A DNA stretch of 64,000 nucleotides. Origin: Eledone cirrhosa (Eukaryota). Each line of letters starts with the position of its first letter. Position 1 is the first letter of the stretch. The stretch is from the NCBI GenBank assembly GCA_964016885.1, contig OZ024740.1, positions 434,744,001-434,808,000 on the forward strand, written 5' to 3'. Below the pieces are notes generated by a model. That model did not search any database. It saw only the letters and a list, made by a program, of their open reading frames with translations, and was not told the DNA's origin. Position numbers and translations under genes: made by a program. Shown in pieces: positions 23,801 to 35,745 of the stretch.

Positions 23801-26515
23801 TGGGGGAGGGATTTAGTGTTTACAACACACTCTGTCACGTCTTCTGGTAAGGATATAATCTACCTGGCTGGTGTGTTCCCCTGATCTATAGGTGATCAAG
23901 TGATTCTCGTTTTTTGAAGTTAGTGTTACAGATAGTTAGATTATATCCGTCACAGGATTCTGGAGCCTTCCTCGTTTCTAGTACCAAACCCATAGCCTCC
24001 ATGGATTCCGTCATAGCCGTCACAATGTTGTCCAACGTGACCATTTAGGTCGCCAGCGATAACTATGTAGTCACTGTCGGTTATTTGGGAGGTAGTGAGC
24101 ATTAACGACTCATAGAATCTGTGTTTTATAACGCCAGGCAGTCCGGATTGTGGTGCATATGCAGATATTATTGTCACAGTAGTTCTATTGAGGACAAGTC
24201 TTATTTTAATTATTCTGTCGTTCACTCTATTTACGTCTATTATCTTATATGCCCACTTTTCTGCTACCATGATTCCTACTCCACCCAGCCCATTGTCATT
24301 TCCCACCCAGAAAAGCTTATAGCATCGTTCTTTACCCACAATGAATCTAGCAGACCCACACCTTCACCTGGTCTCTTGAATACAGCAAACATCGACCTCC
24401 TTAAGTGTTTATATAAGTTATATTACCTATATGTTGTTAGTCTTTATATAACTGTTATATTACCTATATGTTGTTAGTCTTTATTAACTGTTATATTACC
24501 TATATGTTGTTAGTCTTTATTAACTGTTATATTATCTAAATACTGTTAGTGTTTATATAACTGCTATATTACCTAGATGTTGTTTGGTAATATAACTGTT
24601 ATATAAAGACTAACAACATCTAGGTAATATAAGTTATATAAAGGCTAACATCTAAGTAATATAACAGTTATATAAAGACTAACATCTAGGGTAATATAAC
24701 TTGTATTATCTATGTTGTTAGTGTTTATATAAGTTATATAAACACTATGTTGTTAGTGTTTATATAAGTTATATTACCCTAAATGTTCTTAGTCTTTATA
24801 TAACTGTTATATTACCCTAGATGTTGTTAGTCTTTATATCAGTTATATTACCTAGATGTTGTTAGTCTTTATATAACTGTTATATTACCTAGATGTTGTT
24901 AGTCTTTATATAAGTTATATTACCTAGATGTTGTTAGTCTTTATATAAGTTATATTACCTAGATGTTGTTAGTCTTTATATAACTATTATATTACCTAGA
25001 TGTTGTTAGTCTTTATATAACTATTATATTACCTAGATGTTGTTAGTCTTTATAACTGTTATATAAAGACTAACAACATCTAGGTAATATAACTGATATA
25101 AAGACTATATCACAGTTATATTACCTAGATGTTGTTAGTCTTTATATCACAGTTATATTACCTAGATGTTGTTAAAGACTAACAACATCTAGGTAATATA
25201 ACAGTTATATAAAGACTAACATCTAGGGTAATATAACAGTTATATAAAGACTAACAACATCTAGGGTTATATAAAGACTAACAACATCTAGGGTAATATA
25301 ACTGTGATACAAAGACTAACAACATCTAGGTAATATAACAGTTATATAAAGACTAACATCTAGGGTAATATAACAGTTATATAAAGACTAACAACATCTA
25401 GGTAATATAACTGATATATTACCTAGATGTTGTTAGTCTTTATATCAGTTATATTACCTAGATGTTGTTAGTCTTTATATAACTGTTATATTACCTAGAT
25501 GTTGTTAGTCTTTATATCAGTTATATTACCTAGATGTTGTTAGTCTTTATATCAGTTATATTACCTAGATGTTGTTAGTCTTTATATCAGTTATATTACC
25601 TAGATGTTGTTAGTCTTTATATCAGTTATATTACCTAGATGTTGTTAGTCTTTATATAACTGTTATATTACCCTAGATGTTGTTAGTCTTTATATAACAG
25701 TTATATTACCCTAGATGTTAGTCTTTATATAACTGTTATATTACCCTAGATGTTGTTAGTCTTTATATCACAGTTATATTACCCTAGATGTTGTTAGTCT
25801 TTATATCACAGTTATATTACCCTAGATGTTGTTAGTCTTTATATAACTGTTATATTACCTAGATGTTGTTAGTCTTTATATAAGTTATATTACCTAGATG
25901 TTGTTAGTCTTTATATAACTGTTATATTACCTAGATGTTGTTAGTCTTTATATAACTGTTATATTACCCTAGATGTTGTTAGTCTTTATATCACAGTTAT
26001 ATTACCCTAGATGTTGTTAGTCTTTATATAACTGTTATATTACCCTAGATGTTGTTAGTCTTTATATCACAGTTATATTACCCTAGATGTTGTTAGTCTT
26101 TATATCGCAGTTATATTACCTAGATGTTGTTAGTCTTTATATCAGTTATATTACCCTAGATGTTGTTAGTCTTTATATCACAGTTATATTACCCTAGATG
26201 TTGTTAGTCTTTATATCACAGTTATATTACCCTAGATGTTGTTAGTCTTTATATCACAGTTATATTACCCTAGATGTTGTTAGTCTTTATATCACAGTTA
26301 TATTACCTAGATGTTGTTAGTCTTTATATCAGTTATATTACCTAGATGTTGTTAGTCTTTATATAAGTTATATTACCTAGATGTTGTTAGTCTTTATATG
26401 TTATATTACCTAGATGTTGTTAGTCTTTATATAACTGTTATATTACCCTAGATGTTGTTAGTCTTTATATAACTCTTATATTACCCTAGATGTTGTTAGT
26501 CTTTATATAAGTTAT
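20870..26515. repeat. 33-38-bp minisatellite interrupted by a LINE, with inverted blocks
   Basis: Unit GTTATATTACC(C)TAGATGTTGTTAGTCTTTATAT(AACT/CA/CACA/AA) at 20870-21106 and 24404-26515. Reverse-oriented blocks lie at ~24585-24700 and ~25060-25415. Confidence 0.95.
21107..24403 (-). mobile_element. RTE-clade LINE, subfamily A, copy 1 (5'-truncated, pseudogenised)
   Basis: Broken ORFs give APE endonuclease (SAYAPQ, AGDLNGHVG), RT ([27 protein letters not shown]), PHD-like finger and C-terminal GHVMRM...GRPRKTW. The 3' UTR ends in a (GAT)n tail at 21107. Several frameshifts and stops. Confidence 0.95.
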
Positions 26516-26771
26516 AGTTTATGTTGAAGATTTATTAAATGTGGTTCTGTATTCAATTAATTTTGAACTAATTAGAATATTACTAATTAACTCATGACTC
26601 TTGTACACAAATTAAAATTCCTTAATATTTAATGTGAATATATTTTTTGTTATTTTTACTATTTGAACCTGAAGGCAAGGTCTTTATTTATTCATTTATT
26701 TTTGTACATTATATTTAGTGTGGAATACTTTTCTGTTTGTGTTTAAACTATGGTATAAGGTTATCATTTGA

Positions 26772-27012
26772 TGCACTTCCTAAAAGTAATTGCACGACTG
26801 ATTGAACGTCGTACAAGGTTTGCTGGTCACTGCTTCCACACAAAAGATGAGATGGTTTCAGGCCTCTTGTTATGGGAGTTCTCCACTACAAGAAAGCTCT
26901 GATACCAGGATACCATAGTAAAAGACACTGGAATTGACAATAACCTACAAATCTTGATGGGGACAGACTGTTGGTGTGAAGTTGTGATTGCTAAAGGTGG
27001 TGGATGAGATGG
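26772..27012 (+). mobile_element. 3' fragment of a different RTE-like LINE
   Basis: Translates RLIERRTRFAGHCFHTKDEMVSGLLLWE...YQDTIVKDTG, resembling the 'RR.RFAGHC...LLLW...DTG' C-terminus of RTE-group ORFs. Degraded. Confidence 0.6.
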
Positions 27013-27269
27013 TGTAAGATTGGAACTTGTGGTCAGCTATGTAGATTAAGGCAAGCAAGTAGTTGTGTGTCCAAATAATCATATGTCCAAGATATAGTGT
27101 GTCCATATTGTCATATAATGTGACAATGATTGTTGTAAGGTTTGAACTTGCAACCATTTGGTTTCTTTGTTAAAATAAATTGTATAAAATGTTAAAAATC
27201 TGAACAAGCTAAGTATCTTTTCTGTCATTTCTCTGTTAATATATATCTGATGCATTTGACTTCTCACAG

Positions 27270-27445
27270 GCCAGCAAAGAACTTCTGTATAATGTAGCAA
27301 GAGAATTTCTTAAAGGTGAAGGGGATGTTGTTCGTCATTTGTCTTATATTGGATACACAGTCAGTTATGTCCAAACACCATTGCATGAATTTGATTATGC
27401 AGTTTCTAACCTTGCCATGGATCTACGAGATGGGATTCGCTTAAC
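27270..27445 (+). CDS. ASPM: ASPM internal exon C (leading into CH domain)
   Basis: tcacAG|GCC...TTAAC|GTaagg. Encodes ASKELLYNVAREFLKGEGDVVRHLSYIGYTVSYVQTPLHEFDYAVSNLAMDLRDGIRL (ASPM 'ASKEIL...GEGDLSRHL...QTPFDEFDFAVTNLAVDL..GVRL'). Not in the ORF track. Confidence 0.95.
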
Positions 27446-27469
27446 GTAAGGAACCATTGTTATTTGTAA

Positions 27470-27957
27470 CCCTTTTCATACTAACCCACCCTAAACCATC
27501 TCTAGTCCTATAGTAGCCATGTCAGCATGAATGTGCTTGAGGGCTAAACCCCTTCTTCTGCAGGTACTTGATCACAATACGGTGCCAAATTTTGTCCATT
27601 TTCAAGAGAAGTCACTATTAGTTACTTTTGAAATCTTCTTTGAGCAGTCGGATGTTAATTTACCTGGAGAGAAGCAATGCAGTTATTAAGTTGAAATTAA
27701 TCCATGCAAGATTTCACAGCTCTAGCATAGTCACCCTTTGAACTTGTTAGCCCACTCTCATAAGTAAATTAAAATCTTCCAACATAATTTTCTACAAGAA
27801 CCATATGTTATATTGCAGATGCTATTTTAATAATGGAATAATTTTAGTAAATCTCTCCAAAGTCTTCATTAATATTTCAAATACAGTGCTCAACCCTTGC
27901 TAATGGGGAAAGTGGACATTAAAATGATGTATTTGATTAAAACTGATATTGAAAGGG
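27470..27957 (+). mobile_element. piggyBac-type MITE with nested insertions
   Basis: gtaa|CCCTTT...AAAGGG|ttaa termini. The body is homologous to the inverted copy at 30450-30662 (e.g. aaaatcttccaacataat). It contains extra DNA (~27515-27765) and a SINE tail (27889-27929). Confidence 0.65.
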
Positions 27958-28014
27958 TTAATGACTTAGCTAGAGAAAATGTGTGCCCATAATTTATTAT
28001 TTGGGGTCTACACA

Positions 28015-28304
28015 ATAAATGCACCCAGTTAACTCTGTAAAGTGGTTGGTGATAGGAACGGCATCCAGCTGTAGAAAGCTTGCTAAACAAAAGGTTGCGA
28101 GGACCCTTCACTTGTGTTAGAGACAAGACAATCTCTCTCATGCTGATGCCATGATAAAATAGATTGGTAGAGCATAGATCTGTATATAAGCAAGATACAA
28201 ACCCCCAGACATGCTGGGAGGTCAGTAGCCTCACTTCAGTACTGATGTGGTCTGTGAAGACATGTCCAACCCTTGCTAGCAGGGAAAGTGGACATTAAAT
28301 GATG
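28015..28304 (+). mobile_element. SINE body/tail sharing sequence with the RTE 3' UTR
   Basis: ctgtaaagtggttggtgataggaacggcatccagctgtagaaa ... ggaaagtggacattaaatgatg. Confidence 0.75.
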
Positions 28305-28337
28305 TATAATTGAACTGAGAGTTAATCATTATTTCCT

Positions 28338-28545
28338 GAGCAGTGGAATGGCAGAATCATTAGATATGTTCCACAGTATTTTGTTGAGGCCCTCTTTCTG
28401 GTTTTAAATCCCACTGAGGTCAACTTTGCCTTCATCCTTCTGGGGCTTGATGGAATAAAGTACCAGTAATATACTAGGGTGTGGTATAATCAACTTTCCC
28501 CTTCCTCCCAAAATTGAGAGCCTTGTGCCAAAATAAGAAACCATT
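28338..28545 (+). mobile_element. tRNA-derived SINE (octopus-type, degraded)
   Basis: gaggtcaactttgccttcatccttctggggcttgatggaataaagtaccag matches the recalled octopus SINE central domain. Confidence 0.7.
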
Positions 28546-28596
28546 TTTACCTAGGACGTGTTAAATGGTGTGAAATATTTTTTTATTTTTATTTAG

Positions 28597-28742
28597 TCGT
28601 GTGGTAGAAATACTGACAGGGAAATGGGAACTGACAGAAGCCCTTCGTGCCCCTGCTATTAGTCGTTTACAGAAGGTTCACAATGTTGACAAAGTGTTGC
28701 AAGCTTTACTGGACAATGGATTGAACCTGAGTCTTCCTAAAG
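28597..28742 (+). CDS. ASPM: ASPM internal exon D (CH domain)
   Basis: T-rich tract then tttAG|T CGT...AAAG|GTaaat. Encodes [48 protein letters not shown] (motif [11 protein letters not shown]). Phase 2 in, phase 1 out. Confidence 0.95.
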
Positions 28743-28857
28743 GTAAATTAGATTTTATCAGAAAATAGATTGATGTAATATATTTTAATGAAGACATGAT
28801 ATTTCATATCATTACGTTTGTTTCCAATTGTAATAAATGTTACCCTCTAGGTACTGT

Positions 28858-29048
28858 GGAGATGTGTGGCCTAGTGGTAAGGGTGTTGGACTTACGATCA
28901 TGATGTCGTGGGTTTGATTCCTGGGCTGGGTTGCATGTTGTGTTCTTGAGCAAAACACTTCATTTCATGTTGCTCCAGTATACTCAGCTGTAAATGAGTA
29001 CCAACAATAGCTGGGAGTTTAGCCCTGTGATGGACTGGCATCTTGTCT
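28858..29048 (+). mobile_element. tRNA-derived SINE
   Basis: A box tggcctagtgg and B box ggtttgattcc, then ttcttgagcaaaacac...ctcagctgtaaatgagtacc...cctgtgatggactggcatc. Homologous to 35561-35745. Confidence 0.8.
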
Positions 29049-29072
29049 TGTACTTTCAGTCTTCTGGCTTAA

Positions 29073-29278
29073 CCCTTTAGCATTTAAACCGGCCAGAATT
29101 CTTTCACCTATTTCTGTTCAAACTGGCTGTAACTAGCTGCTTATACTGATGTTAAGGTATTGTTCTCAAAGTAAATAATATCAATCTCATAGATTCAATA
29201 TTATGTGAGATAATTATGAGGTAAAACCTTTACCATGAACATATAATAGTAAATATAGAGTAATGTAAATGTTAAGGG
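29073..29278. mobile_element. piggyBac-type MITE
   Basis: TTAA|CCCTTTAGCATTTA ... TAAATGTTAAGGG|TTAA: imperfect TIRs and a TTAA target duplication. Confidence 0.8.
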
Positions 29279-29309
29279 TTAAAACTCTTTAGACTTAGAC
29301 TTAGACTTT

Positions 29310-29660
29310 AGGCATGGTCATGTGATTGAGAAGTTTGCTTCACCACATAGTGGCTTTAGGTTTGATGCTATTGTGTAGCACTTTGAACAAGTCTTCTATA
29401 GTAGGCTTGGGGTAACCAATACCTTGTGTGTAACACTTGGTATATGGAAACTGCAGTGTGTGTGTGTGTGTGTGTGTGTGATTTTTGTGTTTTTCTCTGC
29501 ATGTTTTCACATTGAAATCACTTGGACAGTTTGGTGCTATTTGTTTATGTTCACCATAATCGTTGTCCTTCAGCTCAGTGTTCCGACAAGTGAAGGTCAG
29601 TAGACTTAAGGACCATACTTAATAAGAAATATGGGTTGGTGCTATGAATAGCACTCCCTT
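29310..29660 (+). mobile_element. Degraded tRNA-derived SINE with internal (TG)n
   Basis: ggcatggtcatgtgattgagaagtttgctt...aagtcttctatag...ccttgtg...ggaaactg(TG)n follows the recalled layout of an abundant octopus SINE. Confidence 0.65.
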
Positions 29661-29734
29661 GGGAAAGCTGGTATAAAAATGTTTTTCAAATTCTTTCTTG
29701 AGAAAGTTCTATCTAAAGATTATTGATATTTCAG

Positions 29735-29817
29735 GTTCAATATGTGCAAAAGATATTGTGGACGGACACAGAGAGAAAACATTAACTCTTCTTTGGAGAA
29801 TTGTCACTGACTTTCAG
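29735..29817 (+). CDS. ASPM: ASPM internal exon E (CH domain end)
   Basis: ttcAG|GT TCA...TTTCAG|GTgagt. Encodes GSICAKDIVDGHREKTLTLLWRIVTDFQ (motif KDIVD.HREKTL.LLW.I...FQ). Confidence 0.95.
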
Positions 29818-29995
29818 GTGAGTCTGTTACTATGGTAACATTTAGATATGTTATACCAAAAGCCAGATGCCTTCACAGCTTTCACTACCAATACATCTAG
29901 ATTTAACGTTCAATATTTCTGATCATACAAATATAAAAAATATTAAAACATTTATTGGTACTGAAGGTTGTGAAGATGGCTTAGTTGTTAGTTGG

Positions 29996-30328
29996 TTTTG
30001 CAATGGTGAGGTGAGGAGTTTGGATTCCTGGCTTTCACCCAGGCAGTCCAGGTTCAATTCCCAGCATGGAAACGCATGTGGTTAGAATGTCTCGGGGAAA
30101 GAATCGCTGGACAGATTTTACAGGCAAAACCAACTAAGAGGAGACCCAGGGGTAGACTTCCTGAAGAAGATGGTTGGATAACATCCATGAGATTGGCTGG
30201 TCTCACTTGGGGATCCAGCTGGATCAATTGGAGACAGTTGCTTCTGTCAGGACCCACTGGAAGGAGTGTTTCAGGACTCTGCACCCCACCAGGACCCTGT
30301 CAGGAATAATTGGGTGATGATGATGATC
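29996..30328 (+). mobile_element. tRNA-Glu(TTC)-headed SINE / chimera with RTE ORF 3' end
   Basis: Anticodon arm CCTGG-CTTTCAC-CCAGG (30027-30043) and T-arm GGTTCAATTCC. Then HVVRMS.ERIAGQILQAKPTKRRPRGR (RTE C-terminus) and a (GAT)n tail. Confidence 0.8.
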
Positions 30329-30449
30329 AGAAATCTGTTTATTGCAATCAAAGGCAGTTTATTGATCAGTAAGTTTCATCCTGGGGCTATATATGTTGCC
30401 AATATCTCTTTAGTTCTTTAATTTGTGGAGAGTATGTTTATATATTTAA

Positions 30450-30662
30450 TTCTTTTGTGACTGTTTCTAATGAAATACACTCTATTTTAATGAAGAATTT
30501 TGAGGGATTTACTAAAGTTATTTCATTACTACGATAGAAACTTAATTTCATATAAGAACCTTACATTATGTTGGAAGATTTTAATTTAAATTGGAAACCT
30601 TTAAACTCTGGTTTTATTTCATAGAACCAGAGCTGGTTTTGGCTGGGTTGGTAACTAAAGGG
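30450..30662 (-). mobile_element. piggyBac-type MITE, inverted copy of the 27470 family
   Basis: ttaa|ttcttt ... aaaggg|ctaa. Contains attatgttggaagatttt, the reverse complement of the 27470 copy core. Confidence 0.6.
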
Positions 30663-30763
30663 CTAAAACTTAGATCTTCAACTTGTGAAATTCTGAATAC
30701 ACTAATTTAAACATAGTTTTCTGTTTTGGATAAAACTCTTTCCCCCCTCCCCCCTTGTTCCAG

Positions 30764-30875
30764 GTTGATATACTTCTAGATCTTAATGAGCTCCGAGATG
30801 AAGTCCAGTGTTTGAAGAGATGCCTTGAGAAGAAAAGATCTGTTAGGAAATTGGCAGGTGTTGAAGACTTTTTTG
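30764..30875 (+). CDS. ASPM: ASPM internal exon F
   Basis: C-rich tract then ccAG|GTT...TTTG|GTgagc. Encodes VDILLDLNELRDEVQCLKRCLEKKRSVRKLAGVEDFF (ASPM 'VDISLNLDQLKEEI'). Phase 0 in, phase 1 out. Confidence 0.88.
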
Positions 30876-31714
30876 GTGAGCGTCTTTAAATATTTTACCA
30901 AAAAGTAATGGTTGTGGGAGGGGAAACATTGAATGAACCTTTGAGAAGAATTATTAATACTTCTGAAAGACAATATACTTTATAGCTTCATTCTCCCTAC
31001 TTTTGTTATTTATTCTGACATTTAGTTTCTTGGGATCAAGATTTTTTAGTCGATTCTTCTTGAGATAGTCATTTGTACTTCTTACTGAAGTACACTTTGA
31101 AACTGTCAAAATGAAGGCCTCATGGCTGTAACCCATTACCATTATCTCTACTAGTAAAGGTACTTAATACTACGAGTGGTAGAGTGATATTAAGTTTAGC
31201 TCAGTGTTGTAGACAAGTTAGGTCTGTGGAGTTTGTCAGCATTTTGTGGCCAAAATTCTTAGGTACAAATAATGTTATAGGTCATTGTTCCTGTTCAGAA
31301 ATGTAAATCTCTTTCTATGACTAAATACAATAGACATAAGTCTGGGGTACCTATCATTAAAACCCCTGAGAAATCTCCCATGAGATGTAACCTCTTTGGA
31401 GACTAGCTAACTCTGCCTAAGTGTGAACTATAGCAACATAGAGGCTAACATATTCTACAGTACACAACATCTGAGGTGAAAGATGGGTTTTTTTCAAATA
31501 TTTTGTCTCCTACTGAGCTTGCTGGTGATATGCCTGTCACAGGACCGTCTTGTGATAATGCCTGTCACAGGACTGTCTTGTGATATAATATTAAACATGA
31601 TGATGATGATAATTCTATACATTCTCTGCAACACAGTAGTGATGGGAGGCAATGGGTTTTAAGAACTTTCAGTCTGGATGAACAGAGAACAACCTTTCTT
31701 GTTGGTTTCACATA

Positions 31715-31843
31715 AATATGCATCCAGTAAACCCTGTAAGGTGGTTGGCATAAAGTAGTCATAGAAACCATACCAAATATAGTCTCTGACAGTGACAACC
31801 TGTCTAATCCATCCCATAGTTGGAACCAGAATAAAATGATGAT
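31715..31843 (+). mobile_element. Degraded SINE 3' part
   Basis: ccctgtaaggtggttggcat...tagaaacc...taaaatgatgat resembles 28015-28304. Confidence 0.5.
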
Positions 31844-32036
31844 CCTGTTCAAATTAGTGAAGTCTGTACTCCCACTCTGCTCAATTCACCTCCCACTTAA
31901 TGTATTTTCCACCCAAATCTATTAACAAGAACATTACTGATGTATATATATAGTAAATCTGAGGATCAGTTGCTATATTACACTGGATATATTTTCATTA
32001 AGTAATGATAAAACTTCTTCCCTCTTGTAATTTCAG

Positions 32037-32137
32037 TAAAACGTGAGTCACTGGAAGAATTTCTAAAACCAGAAAATGAGAAACATCTGCTACTTTTTGA
32101 GTGGTGTCAAGCAGTTTCTGCTCATTATGGTTTACAG
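32037..32137 (+). CDS. ASPM: ASPM internal exon G (start of second CH domain)
   Basis: ttcAG|TA AAA...TTACAG|GTaata. Encodes VKRESLEEFLKPENEKHLLLFEWCQAVSAHYGLQ (ASPM 'LL.DWVNAVCAFY'). Phase 1 in, phase 0 out. Confidence 0.9.
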
Positions 32138-32319
32138 GTAATATCAGCTGCCATTTCTCTTGATTACACAGAATATAAATAATACGTTGCCAGGGAAAAT
32201 ATCAAACCCCCAAAAAAGGAAGCAAAATTATGTGGCTGACCCCTCGCCTAATATACCCTGGCTGGATGTACGTAACAATAACACAGCGACCACTTTATAT
32301 ACCCTGGATGTAACAATAA

Positions 32320-34497
32320 TGAGCTCTCACTTTATATACTCTGACTGGATGTGTATAGCAATAATATAGCTCTACTTTATATACCCTGACTGGCTGTATG
32401 TAACTAATATAGCTCTACTTTATATACCCTGACAGGCTGTATGTAACAATAATATATCTCTACTTTATATACCCTGACTGGATGTGTATAACAATAATAT
32501 AGCTGTACTTTATATACCCTGACTGGCTGTAAGTAACTAATGTATCTCTACTTTATATACCCTGACTGGCTGTATGTAACAATAATATATCTCTACTTTA
32601 TATACCCTGACTGGCTGTATGTAACTAATATATCTCTACTTTATATACCCTGACTGGCTGTATGTAACTAATATAGCTCTACTTTATATACCCTGACTGG
32701 CTGTATGTAACTAATATAGCTCTACTTTATATACCCTGACTGGCTGTATGTAACTAATAGAGCTCTACTTTATATACCCTGACTGGCTGTATGTAACTAA
32801 TAGAGCTCTACTTTATATACCCTGACTGGCTGTATGTAACTAATATGGCTGTACTTTATATACCCTGACTGGCTGTATGTAACAATAATATAGCTCTACT
32901 TTATATACCCTGACTGGCTGTATGTAACAATAATATAGCTCTACTTTATATACCCTGACTGGCTGTATGTAACTAATACAGCTCTACTTTATATACCCTG
33001 ACTGGCTGTATGTAACTAATATAGCTCTACTTTATATACCCTGACTGGCTGTATGTAACTAATAGAGCTCTACTTTATATGCCCTGACTGGCTGTATGTA
33101 ACAATAATATAGCTCTACTTTATATACCCTGACTGGCTGTATGTAACTAATATAGCTCTACTTTATATACCCTGACTGGCTGTATGTAACTAATATAGCT
33201 CTACTTTATATACCCTGACTGGCTGTATGTAACTAATAGAGCTCTACTTTATATACCCTGACTGGCTGTATGTAACTAATAGAGCTCTACTTTATATACC
33301 CTGACTGGCTGTATGTAACTAATATGGCTGTACTTTATATACCCTGACTGGCTGTATGTAACAATAATATAGCTCTACTTTATATACCCTGACTGGCTGT
33401 ATGTAACAATAATATAGCTCTACTTTATATACCCTGACTGGCTGTATGTAACTAATACAGCTCTACTTTATATACCCTGACTGGCTGTATGTAACTAATA
33501 TAGCTCTACTTTATATACCCTGACTGGCTGTATGTAACTAATAGAGCTCTACTTTATATGCCCTGACTGGCTGTATGTAACTAATATGTCTGTACTTTAT
33601 ATACCCTGACTGGCTGGATGTAACAATAATATAGCTCTACTTTATATACCCTGACTGGCTGTATGTAACTAATATGGCTGTACTTTATATACCCTGACTG
33701 GCTGTATGTAACTAATATAGCTGTACTTTATATACCCTGACTGGCTGTATGTAACTAATATAGCTCTACTTTATATACTCTGACTGGCTGTATGTAACTA
33801 ATATAGCTCTACTTTATATACCCTGACTGGCTGTATGTAACTAATATAGCTCTACTTTATATACCCTGACTGGCTGTATGTAACAATAATATAGCTCTAC
33901 TTTATATACCCTGACTGGCTGTATGTAACTAATATAGCTCTACTTTATATACCCTGACTGGCTGTATGTAACTAATATAGCTCTACTTTATATACCCTGA
34001 CTGGCTGTATGTAACTAATATAGCTCTACTTTATATACCCTGACTGGCTGTATGTAACTAATAGAGCTCTACTTTATATACCCTGACTGGCTTTATGGAA
34101 CGAATAGAGCTCTACTTTATATACCCTGACTGGCTGTATGTAACTAATATGGCTGTACTTTATATACCCTGACTGGCTGTATGTAACTAATATAGCTCTA
34201 CTTTATATACCCTGACTGGCTGTATGTAACTAATATAGCTCTACTTTATATACCCTGATTGGCTGTATGTAACAATAATATAGCTCTACTTTATATACCC
34301 TGACTGGCTGTATGTAACAATAATATAGCTCTACTTTATATACCCTGACTGGCTGTATGTAACTAATATAGCTCTACTTTATATACCCTGACTGGCTGTA
34401 TGTAACTAATATAGCTCTACTTTATATACCCTGACTGGCTGTATGTAACTAATATAGCTCTACTTTATATACCCTGACTGGCTGTATGTAACAATAA
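32320..34497. repeat. 43/45-bp minisatellite, ~50 copies
   Basis: Unit ACTTTATATACCCTGACTGGCTGTATGTAACTAATATAGCTCT. Degenerate precursors are visible from ~32250. Confidence 0.97.
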
Positions 34498-34504
34498 TTG
34501 TTAC

Positions 34505-35434
34505 AGGGTTGACATTAAACTGACCATCAGTCCCACAATGATGGTGATAGTGACTAAGGTTGACATTAAACTGACCGTCAGTCCCACAATGATGGTGATA
34601 GTGACTAAGGTTAACATTAAACTGACCGTCAGTCCCACAATGATGGTGATAGTGACTAGGGTTGACATTACACTGACCGTCAGTCCCACAATGATGGTGA
34701 TAGTGACTAGGGTTGACATTAAACTGACCGTCGGTCCCACAATGATGGTGATAGTGACTAGGGTTGACATTAAACTGACCATCAGTCCCACAATGAAGGT
34801 GACAGTGACTAGGGTTGACATTAAACTGACCGTCAGTCCCACAATGATGGTGACAGTGACTAAGGTTGACATTAAACTGACCGTCAGTCCCACAATGATG
34901 GTGATAGTGACTAAGGTTGACATTAAACTGACCGTCAGTCCCACAATGATGGTGATAGTGACTAGGGTTGACATTAAACTGACCATCAGTCCCACAATGA
35001 TGGTGATAGTGACTAGGGTTGACATTAAACTGACCATCAGTCCCACAATGACGGTGATAGTGACTAGGGTTGACATTAAACTGACCGTCAGTCCCACAAT
35101 GATGGTGATAGTGACGAGGGTTGACATTAAACTGACCATCAGTCCCACAATGATGGTGATAGTGACTAAGGTTGACATTAAACTGACCGTCAGTCCCACA
35201 ATGATGGTGATAGTGACTAAGGTTGACATTAAACTGACCGTCAGTCCCACAATGACGGTGATAGTGACTAGGGTTGACATTAAACTGACCATCAGTCCCA
35301 CAATGACGGTGACAGTGACTAGAGTTGACATTAAACTGACCATCAGTCCCACAATGATGGTGATAGTGACTAGGGTTGACATTAAACTGACCATCAGTCC
35401 CACAATGACGGTGATAGTGACGAGGGTTGACATT
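34505..35434. repeat. 51-bp minisatellite, ~18 copies
   Basis: Unit GGGTTGACATTAAACTGACC(A/G)TCAGTCCCACAATGA(T/C)GGTGATAGTGACTA. It directly abuts the 43-bp array. Confidence 0.97.
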
Positions 35435-35560
35435 ATCTATTACTCTCAGATGATTACGTTGTGTTCAGTGTCCAAACCCTTACTCTCCCATTGCGTTACA
35501 ATATATTTGTTGGGCTGAAATTAGTAATACTAGATTTTTATTGATTAATTAATGATGTGA

Positions 35561-35745
35561 AGATGTGTGGGCTTAGTGGCTAGGGCATTGGATTTATGAT
35601 TGTAAGGTCATGGGTTCAATTCCTGGATTAGGTAGTGCATTGTACCCTCGAGCAAGACACTTAACTTCGTGTTTTAGTCCACTCAACTGAAAAAAAGGAG
35701 TACCAGCAGCAACTTGGGGTTAACTCGTACCACTGACTGGTGTTC
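35561..35745 (+). mobile_element. tRNA-derived SINE
   Basis: A box tgggcttagtgg, B box ggttcaattcc, gagcaagacactt...gtccactcaactg...gagtacc. Same family as 28858-29048. Confidence 0.75.

Noticed and set aside
21095-24415. Target-site duplications for the three LINEs
   Set aside because: Flanks are mini- or microsatellite, and no unambiguous duplication could be read.
21788-24477. Plus-strand ORFs overlapping the LINE (and equivalent antisense ORFs at 40781-43314 and 58757-61158)
   Set aside because: These are antisense shadows of the RT ORF with no independent motifs.
29996-30072. Functional tRNA-Glu gene
   Set aside because: The acceptor stem and D arm are degenerate, there is no oligo-T terminator, and it is fused to a LINE 3' end.
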